A stretch of DNA of 64,000 nucleotides from Somniosus microcephalus (taxonomy: Eukaryota), in contig CM126228.1 in NCBI GenBank assembly GCA_052327205.1, positions 45,446,001 through 45,510,000 on the forward strand, given 5' to 3'. The position numbers and the translations under genes were made by a program. The notes under the pieces are model-generated. The model saw only the letters and a list, made by a program, of their open reading frames with translations, was not told the origin of the DNA and searched no databases. This document shows, piece after piece, positions 11,108-24,140 of the stretch (its first letter is position 1; each line of letters starts with the position of its first letter).

Positions 11108-12344
11108 GTATTGGCCTTACTTTCTGCTAAATTCTCATGTCTTTCCCACCTTGTTTCCTGGAGAATGGCTTCACGTGAAGGCTGCCTCGTGAATGGCACA
11201 TCGGCCACCGATAGCCAAACAACCGCGTGTGCAGGAAAACTCCCACTGGCAAGTATTAGAGAATTGGAAGTGCTTAGTGTGTGTAAACCAACCTAATCTG
11301 AATGGATCAGATGTAAGTACAGCCGGCGGCACTGTTCCAGTGATGAATCATTGTTTAGTTATCCTGCCTACTTATAACCGACAAATCAATGGCCTTTCAC
11401 TTCAAGATGTTGTACAGTGAGAGAGGTGCCCCTGGCATTGCTCAAGGCGAGTGGAGGAATTGATGTTTTAAAATAGGCATGTTACCAACAAAGTGACAGG
11501 GAAAGCGTGACACTTACAGCAAGTGCAAAAAATATATAATAATATAACTGCAGCTCAATCCAGAATCGGGGCCAATACCGCGCAGAGCACGAGTCTCCTG
11601 CAAGTGTCACACTTCACATCACACTTTCGCTGACATCTTTTTTGCTGACATGACATCCCAGTTAGAATACAGCGACCCTCCCACTCTCACTGAGCAATGC
11701 CATGGGTGGTCTGTATAACCACACAGGACTGTCCAACAGGCTGCAATGGGTGGCGGTTGACACCAGAGCCAAGGGTGATTTGCTGTCAGCTGCTAAATAT
11801 CTTTTGTGTAATTCAGAAGTTAGGGTTCCATCTGACTCAAGAGGGAAGCAGAGTCTCATTTAACTTTTCTCCTAGCGAGGTTGGATCTTAACTCTTGATT
11901 TACACCTCACACATTTAATATCTGGGTCCACGTTACAGACGTTAAACTTGCAGTAAATGCACCCTGAGAGAATGAAGGTCACTGTCAATCTTCCAAGGTT
12001 AATAAATTTAAGCCTGCAGTTATACTGCAGGTAATGTTTGAGAAATGCACCAGGTTCATCAGTGTTGGGCTAACCTAAATACACGGGCAAAACATTGTTC
12101 CTATTGTGAGTGAATTGTTTAATGTTAGAAATGAATTAATGACACATTCATCTCTTTCCTAATATTAGCAGCTTAGAGATGTTCAGCAGACCATCAAACT
12201 ATCTATAAACTTTAGTTTTAAGGTTGAACAAGTTGGCGTTGAACCAACTGTAGTTATATTGCAATCAGTGTGAAGATGAATCAGCATTAGACTCCCTCTT
12301 CAAGGTGCTATCACACTTGACACCAAATACAGTGTTGCAAATCA

Positions 12345-12545
12345 GCCATTGAATGGCGGAACAGGCTCGAGGGGCTGAATGGCCTCCTCCTGTTCCTATG
12401 TTCCTATGTTGAAGGCCAGCAGCAGATGGTAGGGCCTTTTCTGGTTGGAGATGGTCCTTGCCAGCCCATGTGTGGATGTTATCCAGGTCCTGCTGCAGCT
12501 GGCATGGGCTGTTTGATTATTGGAGGAGATGTGATTTTTAACAAA
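12345..12545. mobile_element. CR1 3' tail (+) next to a LINE family B fragment (-)
   Basis: GAATGGCGGAACAGGCTCGAGGGGCTGAATGGCCT...(TGTTCCTA)n, followed by similarity to ~53355-53480. Confidence 0.6.
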
Positions 12546-13269
12546 TATATTTTATTCTTGGGATGTGGGTGACTGTCAGGGCCCATAGTTTTTGCAGTGT
12601 CACTTCTTAATGTCATGCGGAGTGAAGTGAATTGGGTGGGCACTGGTATTTATTAAGATGGGGACTTTGAGAGGAGACTGAGCAGGAATGTCTACTCTGC
12701 ATTTTTGGCTAAAGATATAAAACTAATTTATTGTAAGGTGATAAAATGGTAATTATGTTCGTGAAGCAGGCAACAGCAAATTTGCCCGTTTAATTTAAAC
12801 TCTTATCATTGTTTGGAGCTAAAGTTTACACTAGCCCTGTGTTTTCCTTGGTGCGTATGGGGATTGTGCAAGTTCCTGAGCTTGCTCCCTTCCCACCATT
12901 GACTGCTGTGCTGTAATTCCTGGTACTGCTTCCCTGACAGTAGTGCAAGTTCTTGCACCGAGTGTGTGCTGACTTTGATTACCAGTGCAAAATGCTAATG
13001 CATGCTATGTAAAAGGGAAGACTGCAGTATTCCTGTTGCCACACACAGCACATGCAGTGCACTAGTCTAGTCCATTTTACAAAAGCCTTTCCGGTCAGTT
13101 AGATTCTCACATGTCGGGAACTGAAATATTGCTGCCTTGTCTTTGTGAGCTGTGGGAATTGTTTCAGCATTCTATGCTGCTGGATTTAATTGACAAGGAT
13201 GAAGAGATACAAAGAAGGGATACCCGGGATATCAGATGGCATTAGAAACAGACTTGCCTATATGCTACT

Positions 13270-13445
13270 AATTGTGTCTATAGGTCCAGGCACAGCTACC
13301 TGGCAATGATGGAGTCACACTGCCTCCACAGGTTTAGCTTCAGCAGGGAGGCAGTTACGGAGCTGTGCCATTTGCTTTAAGGCCACCTATAGCCAACCTC
13401 CACCATAGGAATGGCCTTAGCGACATAACTCAAACTGTTGCTGCT
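13270..13445 (+). mobile_element. Harbinger transposase N-terminal fossil
   Basis: SYLAM..C..RFSFSREAVTELCHLL*GHL, similar to 41790-41910 and 62520-62700. Confidence 0.5.
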
Positions 13446-13654
13446 TTTCCAGTTCAGCAGTCTCTCATCTTTGCAGTTCTGCCACTAACTCCATTTTTGC
13501 AAGACTCCAACAGTGCTTGAATGTCCCTCTCTTTCCAGGTTCCGCTGCTCTATCCTCACTTTTTGACAAAGACTTATTGTGGCCTTTCTGTCCTTCACTG
13601 TTGCTGTTTGCGTTGCCTTTTTGTTGTAAGTTGCTGCAACAACAACTCGCCTTA

Positions 13655-14760
13655 ATATCGAACTTCAACGCAGCAAAACTTCCCAGGTGTTGCACAAAGA
13701 AAATTTGGACAAAATGGGTGCTGAGCCAGTAAAGGAGGTGTTAGAGCAGGTGACCAAAGCTTGGTCAAAGAGGTAGGATTGAAGGAGGGTCTTAAAGGAG
13801 GAGGGAGAGGTGGAGAGCGAAAAGATTTAGGGAGGGAATTTGCGATGATATGGCTTACATGGCTGAAGGCACGGCCGCCAGTGGTGGGGTGAAGGGAAGG
13901 GGGCAGAATTGGACAAGAAGCCAGAATTGGTGGAATGTAGAGTTCTAGGCAGTTTTAGGGCTGAATCAGGTTACAGAGATAAGGAGGGGCCAGGCCATGA
14001 AGGGATTTAAACATGAGGATAAGAATTTTAAATTGGAGGTGTTCGGGACCGGGAACCGATGTAGGCCAGTGAGTACTGAGCTGATGGGTGAGCATGTGTG
14101 GGATAGGATAGGAGCAGCAATGTTTTGATTGAGCTGAAGTTTGTGGAGGGTGGACAATGGGAGGTCGGCCAGGAGAGCATTAAATCGTCAAGTCTGGAGG
14201 TGACAAAAGCGTGGATAAGGGTTTCAGTAGATGAGTTGAGGCAATGGCATCGACTGATGATGTCCACTGAGGTGGAAATAGGTGGTCTTGGTGATGGAGT
14301 GGATATGAGGTCTGAAGCTCAGCTTGATGCTGAAGCTATGAACAGTCTGGTTCAACCTGAGCTCGTGGTCAGGGAGGGGGGTTGGAATCGGTGGCGAGGG
14401 TACGGCGTTTGTGGCGGGAACCGGAGGTGATGGCTTCGGTCTTCCCAATGGTTACCTGTAAGAAACTGCAGCTCATGCAAGACTGGATTGTGGACAAGCA
14501 GTCTGACATCACAGGCAGTGGAGGGGTCAAGAGAGGTGGTGGAAGGGTGGTCATGGCATCATCAGCGTACATGTGGAAATTGACACCTTTTATTTGGCTG
14601 ATGTCGTCAAAGGGCCACCTGTAGACAAGGAAGAGGAAGGGCCAAGGATAGATCCATGGGGGACGCCAGAGGTAATGGCATGGGGTGGGAAGAGAAGCCA
14701 TTGCTGTTGAGGCTCTGGCTATGATTGGATAGGGAAGAGTGGAACCAAGCAAGGGCACAG
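13655..14760 (-). mobile_element. L2 LINE 3' fragment
   Basis: FHMYADD and TETLIHAFVTSRLD; CAACAACAAC tail on the + strand. Confidence 0.8.
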
Positions 14761-16349
14761 AAATGCACACAAACTCCTTACCTGAGCTCTGCTTAGATTC
14801 TGAATTAACTAAAGATTTATTTATCCCAACAGAACAGTCCAAATTGATGCACAATGGCAGCAGTAAATGGCCAAACCTGACATCAGCAAAAGTCAGCCGT
14901 CCATTTAACAACAATCTGTGAGAAGCTGCCGAACCTGCTTTTGATTCAGTTTCCCTCACCTCTGTTCCCACGACATTCTTAGTTCAGCCTTGCTCGCTCC
15001 CTAGTCTCTCAGGCTTAAATGTTCCATTCTCCTTTGAGATGCCCATACTCCTCAGCAAATTCAGGGCAAGGGTCAAACAATGCATCAAGAAATTCAACCA
15101 ATTCCAGGTTGAATGATCCACAAGGGAGTTTGGTTGGCAAATTAGATTTTCCTGATTAAATAATTTACGAATGCTTCACATAGAAGCTAAAGCACAGAAC
15201 CAGGCCGTTCGGCCCAGCTGGCCTATGCCTGTGTGTATACTTTACATGAGCCTCCTCCCACACTAATTACCTTGTTCCACCCTGCCCCATATTCCTCTGT
15301 TCCCTTTTCCCTCATATAGGCATTAAGCACATCCTTCAATTCAGATATGCTGAAGCCATTTTACATCTTGCCCACGCTCAGTTTTAATTTTCTGCACAGC
15401 ATGATATATGAATTTATATTTATAGACACAGCTAGTTCTTCCACTATCTATAAACAGTGATGTGCCTTGGGATTTCCCACAGATGCTGCTGATTAGAGTT
15501 GGTGGTGATGTAAACCATGGCAGTGTCTAGGCTGCCTTGTGGCTGGGTGATGACTGATGGAGTTGGGCCTCTCCTCCCATCATAAGTAAAATGTTGCCAA
15601 AAGAGTGAGAAGAAGCATCACTTTGCCAAAAGTGCAAATTTAAAATGAAACAAAGGCCTGGATTGTGATTAAGAAGACCAGCTGTTTTTGGATGGTGTCG
15701 CGGTGATCTGGCAATGTCCACTGCCGAATCTGGAGCGGTCCACTGCCAAAACTCTCCTTCTAAAAATGGCCACTGTGATTTCCCTCCTGCGACCCCATCG
15801 TGACCTTGATCCATCTGCTGGAAGCTTGCCCTGCCACAATTAGGTGATGCAGGGGCGTGGCCAAGTGTCCCCCAAGATTTCCCGGTGCTTCCATCCACAT
15901 ACCGCCCTAAAAAATGATCAGCCAATTCGAAAATCACTGCGATGTGGTTTCAACTGGGAGTCACTTCCATTACTTTGGAGCTGCTGTTCCTGAGTATTTA
16001 AAGGTGCTTTGTGAAAATTGCCGAGAGTTTAAAGGGAGTGATGTGTAGTGAAATCGCAGGTTTCCCTATGGGGAGTCCATTTTTCCTGTGCTTTGAGGAA
16101 GCGGATGATGAGGACATGGAGGAGGAAAGGTTGGAAACTGGGAGAGTGCGGCATTACACACGCAGGCAACACCTGACCCCCAGGTATCTGCACCTCAGGG
16201 TTTACAGATCACAGAACGCCTATCTAGGTTTTTCCCACAGGCAGTGTCTGAGAAGGCTGTGTTTTCCCTTGACATCGCCAGTTCTTGGATCCTGATTTGC
16301 AGCCTCTTTCCACTAGCGGCAATGCCTCATCTGTGGCTGAGAAGCTGAC

Positions 16350-16857
16350 AACAGCACAAATTTTATTCATCCAGATGCTTTCATTCAGGTTCCACATATA
16401 TGCTGACAACACCCAGCTCTACCTCACCCCAACCTCCATTAACCCCTTCACTGTCTCTGATTTGTCACGCTGCTTTTCCGACATCCAATATCAGAGGAGC
16501 AGAAATTTCCTCCAGCTAAATATTGGGAAGACCAAAGGTCTTTGGTTCCCCGCTACAAACTTCATTCCCTAGCCACCTACTCCATCCCTCTCCCTGGCAA
16601 CTGTTGTGAGGCTAATCCAAACCGTTCGTAACCCTGGTGTCTGTGCGTAGGCCCTAAGCTCTGGAATTCCCTCCCTAAACCTCGCTGCCTCGCCACCTCT
16701 CTCTTCCTTTTAGACACTCCTTAAAACCGACCTCTGTGACCGAGCTCCTCTCCTAATATGTGGCTTGGTGTCAAATGTTGTTTGATAACGCTCTTGTGAA
16801 GCACCTTGGGACGTTTTACTGTGTTAAAGGCACTATATAAATGCAAGTTGTTGTTGT
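16350..16857 (+). mobile_element. L2 LINE fragment with internal deletion
   Basis: FHIYADNTQLYL, NFLQLNIGKT and a TATAAATGCAAGTTGTTGTTG tail. Confidence 0.8.
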
Positions 16858-16897
16858 AGCTTCCAGGTGGCCTTCGTCACATCGGCCAGTCAGTAGT

Positions 16898-19800
16898 TCA
16901 ATTCAATTCAATTCAATTCAAATCGCTTTATTGGCATGACAAGGTACATCTTATGTTGCCAAAGCATCGAAAAACATTTATGGTTGAACACAGAAACGCA
17001 GATCTATCCATACAGTGTATAAACAGATATATCCCTGAGTGTATAAATATACATTCATATAATTTGTATATACTCTTTTTTTAGATTTAATGGTTGTCCC
17101 TCTGTTTATGGCAAGCTGTAACATAGTGTGCCGCTAAGGTTACACAATTTCTCTGTTCTCCTAGTAGGTATGGGAGTTTTTGGTCGTCATTCAAATTTCT
17201 GAATTCAGGGCATATTTTTGTGAATTTTGGGTAGAAATTCTCCCTGATGCCCTGATATTTTCCACAAGCTATGAGGAAGTGCATCTCTGTCTCCACCACT
17301 CCCTGACTGCAGTGAGAGCATATCCTGTCCTCTCTTGGCAGCCGGGTCTGCCTGTGTCTGCCTTTTTCGATGGCCAGGCTATGTTCACTAAGTCTGTACA
17401 TTGTCAAGGTTTTTCTCAATTTGCTATCCTTTATCATGGTCAGGTATTCAGCCATGTTGTATTGTCTGTTTAGGGCCAAGTAGCAATTGAGTTTGTTTTG
17501 GGTTTTTGTTGTTTCTGCCCAATATGACAGATATTTTTCCTTTTGCTTAGTGACAATTGTGTTGGGTCGAGTTCTCTGTGCTACGATGTCACTGTCCTGG
17601 GGCTGGTTATTGTGATTTAAAAATTTTGAGCCAAATGCTAATTGGAATTTCTATTTGGATTGATTTTTTAATGGCATAGAAAGCCCTTCTTGCTTTCTCT
17701 TTCAGTTCATTCACAGCCAGATGAAAATTTCCCGTAGAACTGATTTTTAAGCCCAAGTATGTGTAGTTAGTGGTTTGTTCAATTTTAGTTGTTCCTAGTG
17801 TGAAATTTATTCTGGGTCCCTGATGTCTGGATCTTTGCTGGAACACAAGGACTTTGGTTTTTTGGAGGTTTATTGTCAGGGCCCAGGTCTGACAGAATGA
17901 CTCTAGCAGATCCAGGTTCTGCTGTAGACCCTCCTCAGTTGGTGACAGCAGAACCAGGTCATCTGCATAGAGGAGGAATTTAACCTTGGATTCATATAGG
18001 GCGAGGCCGGGTGCTGTAGATTGTTCAAGTAGTTTTGCCAATTCATTTATGTAAATATTAAAGAGTGTCGGTGAGATGGACGAGCCCTGCGTCACACCAC
18101 GCCCCTGTGGGAAGTATTTTGTTTGTTTGTCTCCAATTTTAACTGCACATTTATTGTTTGTATACATTGATTTAATTACATCATATGTTTTTCCCCCTAT
18201 ACCACTTTCAATAAGTTTCAAGAATAGACCATCATGCCAGATGGAATCGAAAGCCTTCTGGAAATCTATAAAGCAGGCAAAAATTTTGCTTTTGTTTTGA
18301 TGAACATGTTTGTCAATTAGGGTCTGCAGGGTGAAGATATGATCTGATGTTCTATAGTTTGGTAGGAATCCAATTTGGCTTTTACTCAAGACATTGTGCT
18401 CCTCAAGGAAGTTTATAAGTCTTTTGTTTATGATACTACAGAAAACCTTCCCCAGGTTACTGTTTACACAGATGCCTCGATAGTTATTTGGGTCAACTTT
18501 GTCTCCACTTTTGTATATGGGCGTTATGAGTCCTTTGTTCCAGATATCGGGGAAATAACCGACACTCAGAACCAAGTTGAAGAGTTTCAGGATAGCCCAT
18601 TTCATTTTATCGTCCGTGTGTTTAATCATCTCGCTTAGGATGCCGTCTGCACCGCAAGCTTTTCCTGGTCGCAGGTCCTTGAGTTTTTCAAATAGCTCTT
18701 TTTCAGATATTATGGGGTCTAGCGGGTTTTGGTTATCTTTTATGGCAAATTCGAGCTTTTCCAGTTTTTCGCATATTTGGTATTGCTCTGGGCTTAGTGT
18801 GTTTTTCTGGTATAATTTTTCAAAATGGTTTTCCCATGTGTCTCCATTTTGAATGGCCAATTCGTCATGTTGTTTTTTGTGTAATGTATTCCAGTTGTCC
18901 CAGAAACAATTGGAATCAATGGATTCCTCAATGGAGCTGAGTTTATTCTTAATATACTGCTCTTTCTTGGTTCTGAGTGTGTTTTTGTATTGTGTTAGTG
19001 CCTGACAATAAGTAAGGCGTAATTCCTCATTTTCTGGTTGTCTGTGTTTTTGGTTTGATATTTTTCTGAGTTTTTTCCTCATGTTCTGGCAATCAGAGTC
19101 AAACCATTTTTCATAGTTTTTTGTTTTGGGTTTATTCTTGCGAACTTTCAAGTTTGACATTGATGCCAAATTATCAAAAATATTATTTAGGTTATTCACT
19201 GCCCGGTTTACGCCTTCTTTATTGTGTGTGTATGTATTTTCCAGAAAGGTGTCCAAGTATTTCTGGTATTTTTCCGTGCTGTTTTTGGCCCATCTGTAGG
19301 ATTTTTTAATGTTGTACAGCTTACTGGGTTGTGTTTCTGTGTTGGTTGTTTCTGTCCTTTTAAGATATGCAGTAATTTGACTGTGATCTGACAGTGTTGT
19401 TTGTGGTTTGACTGAATGCTCTGAAAGAGGATGGGTCCAGATCCATAATCATATAGTCTATGGTGCTGAAGCCAAGAGGTGAGCAATAGGTGGATCTTCC
19501 TAGGTAGTCTCCCATGAACCTACCATTGACAATGTACAGACCCAGGCTTCAACAGAGCTGCAGGAGCTGTTTTCCGTTAGCATTTGTCTGTTTGTCGCAG
19601 TTATGCCTGTGTGGATGGGAAGGGAGATCAAAGTGGTTATTCCCAAATATGTAATTATTCCCCTGATTATTGGTGAAGTCTGGTTCTTCGCCAGTTCTTG
19701 AGTTGAGGTCACCACAGATCAACACATTTCCCTGGGCCTGGAATTGGATAATCTCCCTCTCTATGTTGGAGAAGGTGTCCTCTTTGAAGTACGGGGATTC

Positions 19801-20758
19801 TGTCGGGGGGATATAGAGTGTGCAAATGAAAACATCTTTCATGCTAGAGATGATGCCCCTCTTAATTTTGAGCCATAAGTGGTTTTCGCCCTTTTTTATA
19901 AATTTAATGTAATTCCTAAGCTCTGCTTTAAGCCAAATCAGTATGGCTCCAGAGTCTCTGCCCTGGGTTACTCCTGGCAATTTATTGGAGGGGACCACCA
20001 GCTCTGTGTACCCATGGGGACAGCCAGTGTGCCCTTCTCCTCTACACCAGGTTTCCTGTAAAAAGATAATATCTAGATCTTTAATTTCATCTAGGACCTC
20101 TGGGGTCCCACTCTTCATGCCAAGCATAGAAGAGCGTAGACCTTGGATATTCCAGGTTGAGATATATAAGGATTTCATGCTAAAATTGATCTTTTACTGT
20201 GATGGGTTAAAATATGATAAATAGTGATATGTGTTTGTTGTGTCTAAATGGGGAAAAAAGAACATTTCAATTGTCTATAAATGCTGAGGATAATTGGTTA
20301 CAACTCTTTCTAACAACTAGTCCTTATTTTTTTCTGATCCATAAGGCGGGAGTAGATGCTGCTGATCGCCTGCATTATGTCTTTTAATGGATTGTCTCTG
20401 CCTGTGGTATTGCGTACGCCCTGAGCACCTCTCCCTCTGCCTGGCTGGGGGTGGTCCTGTTCCCCTGTAGGACAGGAGTGGTGCAGGTCCGACATTGTTG
20501 TTGTGCGTGGGGATCCTCTCTGGTCCCGGTTGGTGTGGTGGTGGTCTCTGTAGTAGTGGTCTCTGTAGTAGTCCTGGTCTGTATCCCGTTGGTCTTTGGT
20601 GATCGGGGGGGGGGGTCCTCTTGGAATCTGGGTGTGGACCCGGTTAAAAGCCTTCACAAAGACGTCCTTCAGGGCCTTCGCAAAGACCGACATTCGCTTC
20701 CTGTGGATATGGACTTGGTCGTAAAGACATTCCACATCGAGGGTGGGGTGTTGGGTAT
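16898..20758 (-). mobile_element. RTEX (RTE-X)-like non-LTR retrotransposon, 5'-truncated, with ORF1 remnant and broken ORF2 (APE + RT + C-terminal CCHC-type motif)
   Basis: APE: TWNIQGL, FLQETW, GDLNSRTG. RT: NYRGICVNS, FIDFQKAFDSIW, LYADDLVLLS. C-terminus: YRLSEHSLAIEKGR..C..C..ETEMHFL..C. AATAAA followed by a (TTGAA)n tail. Clade assigned from memory. Confidence 0.8.
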
Positions 20759-20835
20759 CGCTGCATTAGACAGGTCACGGATGCCTGTTCAGGCACAGCT
20801 TTGAGTTTATTCAGTTCCACATGGACCCAGCAAAG

Positions 20836-20903
20836 CAGAGAGAGGCGAGACAGAGAGAGGAGAGAGGGGAGAGGGAGAGAGAATGAGAGAGGAGAGAGAG
20901 AGA
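20836..20903. repeat. Imperfect (GA)n microsatellite inside the Harbinger fossil
   Basis: Visible directly. Confidence 0.85.
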
Positions 20904-22585
20904 TTCATTATCAGTTTCGTCTAAGCGGTTGGATTCCCAAAAGAGCAGGGTGCCATTGATGCCGCCCATGTGGCTACACGGGCTCCGTCTAAAAGTCCCA
21001 TCAACTTCGTCAACAGCAAGGGATTTCATTTCCTGAATGTCCAGATAGCGAGTGATGTCACATCATCCAGCATGTCAGTGCATCTAACCTGGGAGTTGCC
21101 ATGATTCATTTATTCTCGATAGCTGCGCTGCTCAGCCAGGTCACTGTGACATGGTGGCTGATGGCAGACCAGGGGCACCCTCTTTGCCCTTGGCTGATGA
21201 CACCTTCTGGGCATCTGAGGACAGAGGCCGAGAACAGCTTGAATGAGGCCTTAGGCCTTGGGCCAGGAACAAGCCATCAGAATTGAAAAGTCCTGTTTTT
21301 GGGACTTGGACAGGTCAGGAGGAGCCCTGCAGTCCAGTCTAGCAAGGGTTTCCAGAGTTGTAGTGGCTTGCTGCATCCTCCAGAAGTTGACCATTATAAG
21401 GGTGTCGGGTTTGAGACGGTGATGAGGGAGAAGGTGCTGGAGACCAATCCCCTGCTCAGGATGAAGATGCCCAGGAGAGAGGAGGTGGGCCCAGTCACCC
21501 TGCTCCCAGCAGCATGGCCACCAGGCAGAGATCAGCAACAACTCCTTCCAATAAAGGGGATGCCCTTCATCTGCATCACACAATAAAGCCCTTCATAATG
21601 TCTGATAGCCATGCAGCTAATCTGTAAGACCTCTAATAATGTGTCTGGGAGAGGGCAGTTACAAACATTAATCACCAGATAAGAGAGATAACAGAAGGCT
21701 TCCTGGAAAAAATACACAAACACACCAAATTACCTGAAAGGCACATGTTTACTGCCATCTTGTCCCTTCATTGTGCATGACTACTGCTACCTCTTATCAC
21801 CATAGGTGCCCCTTTGTGTGTAAAGCTCTTATCACACCTGGTCAGGAGGTTGTGAGGATTGTGACTGGAAGCCTCAGTGATTGAGGTGGAACTCCTCTCA
21901 GCGAAGCGGGTGTCCTTGCAGGATCTGCTTCTAGTGTCATGTCGCTTGCGTGTCCAATGCTTACTGGGCTCAGTCCAGAAGCTCCCTCCTGTGCTAGCTT
22001 TGATGTATTGATGCAGGTGCATTGTCCCTGCCATGAGAAGCAGTGACATCTGTATCCACTCCTTGCAGCCCACTCGTGTTCGGTACAGGCTCAGGTCAAA
22101 TCGTTCCAATCAAATCCTGAAAGCCCTGACCTACAGGTGCCCTTCAGGCCAGCTATGGAAGCAGCCATTGCTACTACTACTGAAGCGATAAATGCCCAGA
22201 GAGACTCAATGTCTCATGGCTGCATCGATCTCCTGAACTGCCATAGTCACCAGGGTGTTCCTCATTTCATGCCATCCCTCTTATATTGTATCTATGTGGG
22301 TTGTGGACTCCTCTAACTTTTACGCCATCTGCGGCATATGAGAGGGGACCGTCTCCACTGCCAGCGCACGAGGTTTATGCTCCTGAATCACAGATCGGTT
22401 AAAGACTGAGCCCCTGAGATCTTTGTCCTTGAGCTGAGGTTAGGTTCTGCCTCCTCTGGGGAGAGATGGCTCTTTCATCATCCCTTCCAGCTCCTCTTGC
22501 TCACTGGTACGCTGTGATTCACCCAATGATATCCCCTCGGTCTCAATAGTCCTGAGTGGGTGTATCTGGGCTTGTGCTTGAGTAA

Positions 22586-23033
22586 GTAAGAAAGAAAGAC
22601 TTGCATTTCTATAGCACCTTTCATGACCACAGGTCGTCCCAAAGCACTTTACAGCCAATGAAGTACTTGTGAAGTGTAGTCCCTGTGGTAGTGTAGAAAA
22701 GGCAGCAGCCAATTTGTGCACAGCAAGCTCCCACAAATAGCAATGTGACAATGACTGGATAATCTGTTTTTAGGTGTTGGTTGATGGCTGATATGGGATA
22801 ACTCCCCAGCTCTTCTTCAAAATAGTGCCATGGGATCTTTTATATCCACCTGAGATGACAGACAGGGCCTGGGTTTAACATCTCATCTGAAAGACGTCAC
22901 CTCCGACGGTTCAACACTCCCTCAGTACTGCACTGGAGTGTCAGCCTGGATTATCAAGTCACTGGAGTGGGGCTTGAACCCAACCTTCTGACTCAGGAGC
23001 AAGAGTGTTGCCCACGGAGCCACGGCTGACACC
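22586..23033 (-). mobile_element. SacSINE1/DeuSINE-like SINE, near full length, 7-bp TSD
   Basis: Head, core and tail all present; TGAGTAA at 22579-22585 and 23034-23040. Confidence 0.85.
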
Positions 23034-23604
23034 TGAGTAAAGTGTCATAGTGGGGTGGGTGAATTAGGTGGAGTAGAGGTTCCTGCTGGAGGTGCCAGCC
23101 TGTGCATCATGTGCTTCTTTATGGAAGCGTTCAGTACCTGAGGGACACAACCATTTAAGGAAAGTGCGAACCCGAAGATGTCACTGACCAATAGCAGGTG
23201 GCCTTTCAAGTCTTCGGAATGTCTGCAAGCTGCAAAGTCCCCTCAGTTGTGTAGGCGTTCCATGCCATTACCAACCTGAGCCTGAGTGCCCTCCACCCCC
23301 GCGCACTGCAGAGCTTCCTCCTCGTGCTGACTGAGGTTGCTGATGCTGGCCTTTTCTCCACCAAATGGCAATCCTTTGCCTCTGGTTGTGTGCATGAGCA
23401 TATGCAAAGAGCACAAAGATTTAGGCGTGGCACAGGCTGATTCACAAGGTGTTTTCACTCCGGTGTCTGGAATGTGCCTTTGGCTGAGTGCTAGCAGCCC
23501 TGCCTCTGAGTCAGAAGGTGTAGGGTTTGAGCCCCAGTACCAGGCAGTGTCAGCGAGTGGAGAGCGGAGCTCTGGCTCTGAATTCTAGGTTGAAATTTAC
23601 TAAT

Positions 23605-24140
23605 ACAAAAAGAAAATACTGCAGATGCTGGAAATCTGAAATAAAAACAGAAAATGCTGGAGATACTCAGCAGGTCAGGCAGCATCTGTGAAGAGAGAAA
23701 CAGAGTTAACGTTTCAGGTCGATTACCTTTCGTCAGAACTGGAAAAAAAGCAGGAAATGGAACAGATTTTTAAGCAAGTGTAGGGGCTGGGAAAGGGGGG
23801 AGGGGATGAAAGAACAAAAGGGAAGGTCTGTGATAGGATAGAAGGCAGGAGAGGTTAAGAGACATTAAGAGATATTCAAGGCAAGAGGAGATGGTAATGG
23901 GGCAGGTTAAGAAACAAAGGATGGCTCTAGATGAAGTGTAAATTGCGCTGGCAGAATAAAAGACAGCTGCCCTGTGGGAGAGAAGAACAGAAAACACAAA
24001 CAAACAAAAAAAAGTGTGGAAAAAAATATAATCGGGGCCGAGGTTATGATCTGAAATTGTTGAACTCTGTGTTGAGTCCAGAAGGCTGTAAAGTGCCTAA
24101 TCGAAAGATGAGGTGCTGTTCCTCGAGCTTACGTTGAGCG
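23605..24140 (-). mobile_element. Penelope-like element 3' end (GIY-YIG C-terminus and terminal repeat)
   Basis: The minus strand of ~24052-24139 reads AQRKLEEQHLIFRLGTLQPSGLNTEFNNF; the terminal part carries a hammerhead-like motif. Confidence 0.8.
23704..23740 (-). ncRNA. Minimal hammerhead ribozyme motif of Penelope type
   Basis: Minus strand AGUU-CUGACGA-A-AGGU(AAUCG)ACCU-GAAAC-GUU-AACU: core boxes, stem II, palindromic stem III (AACGUU) and a 4-bp stem I. Confidence 0.65.

Larger units (their letters stand above)
16060..21500 (+). mobile_element. Harbinger (HARBI1-like DDE nuclease) fossil, split by L2 and RTEX insertions
   Basis: Colinear pieces RVYR..YL...QCLRRL (~16200), SFQ (16858-16897), CIRQVTDA (~20760), GFPKEQGAIDAAHV..FVNSKGFHFLNVQ, PGSCHDSFIL and WLMADQGHPLCPWLMTP. 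Confidence 0.8.

Noticed and set aside
11108-11296. C-terminal 62 aa of the 822-aa ORF
   Set aside because: Lies past the splice donor and lacks MINAR1 similarity; probably intron read-through.
20759-20905. (GA)n-containing segment as foreign flank carried in by the RTEX element
   Set aside because: It translates as the Harbinger continuation (CIRQVTDA...KQRE), so the microsatellite grew in place.
21740-23460. Possible second (Myb) gene of the Harbinger fossil on the minus strand
   Set aside because: The position fits but it is too degraded to show a diagnostic motif.
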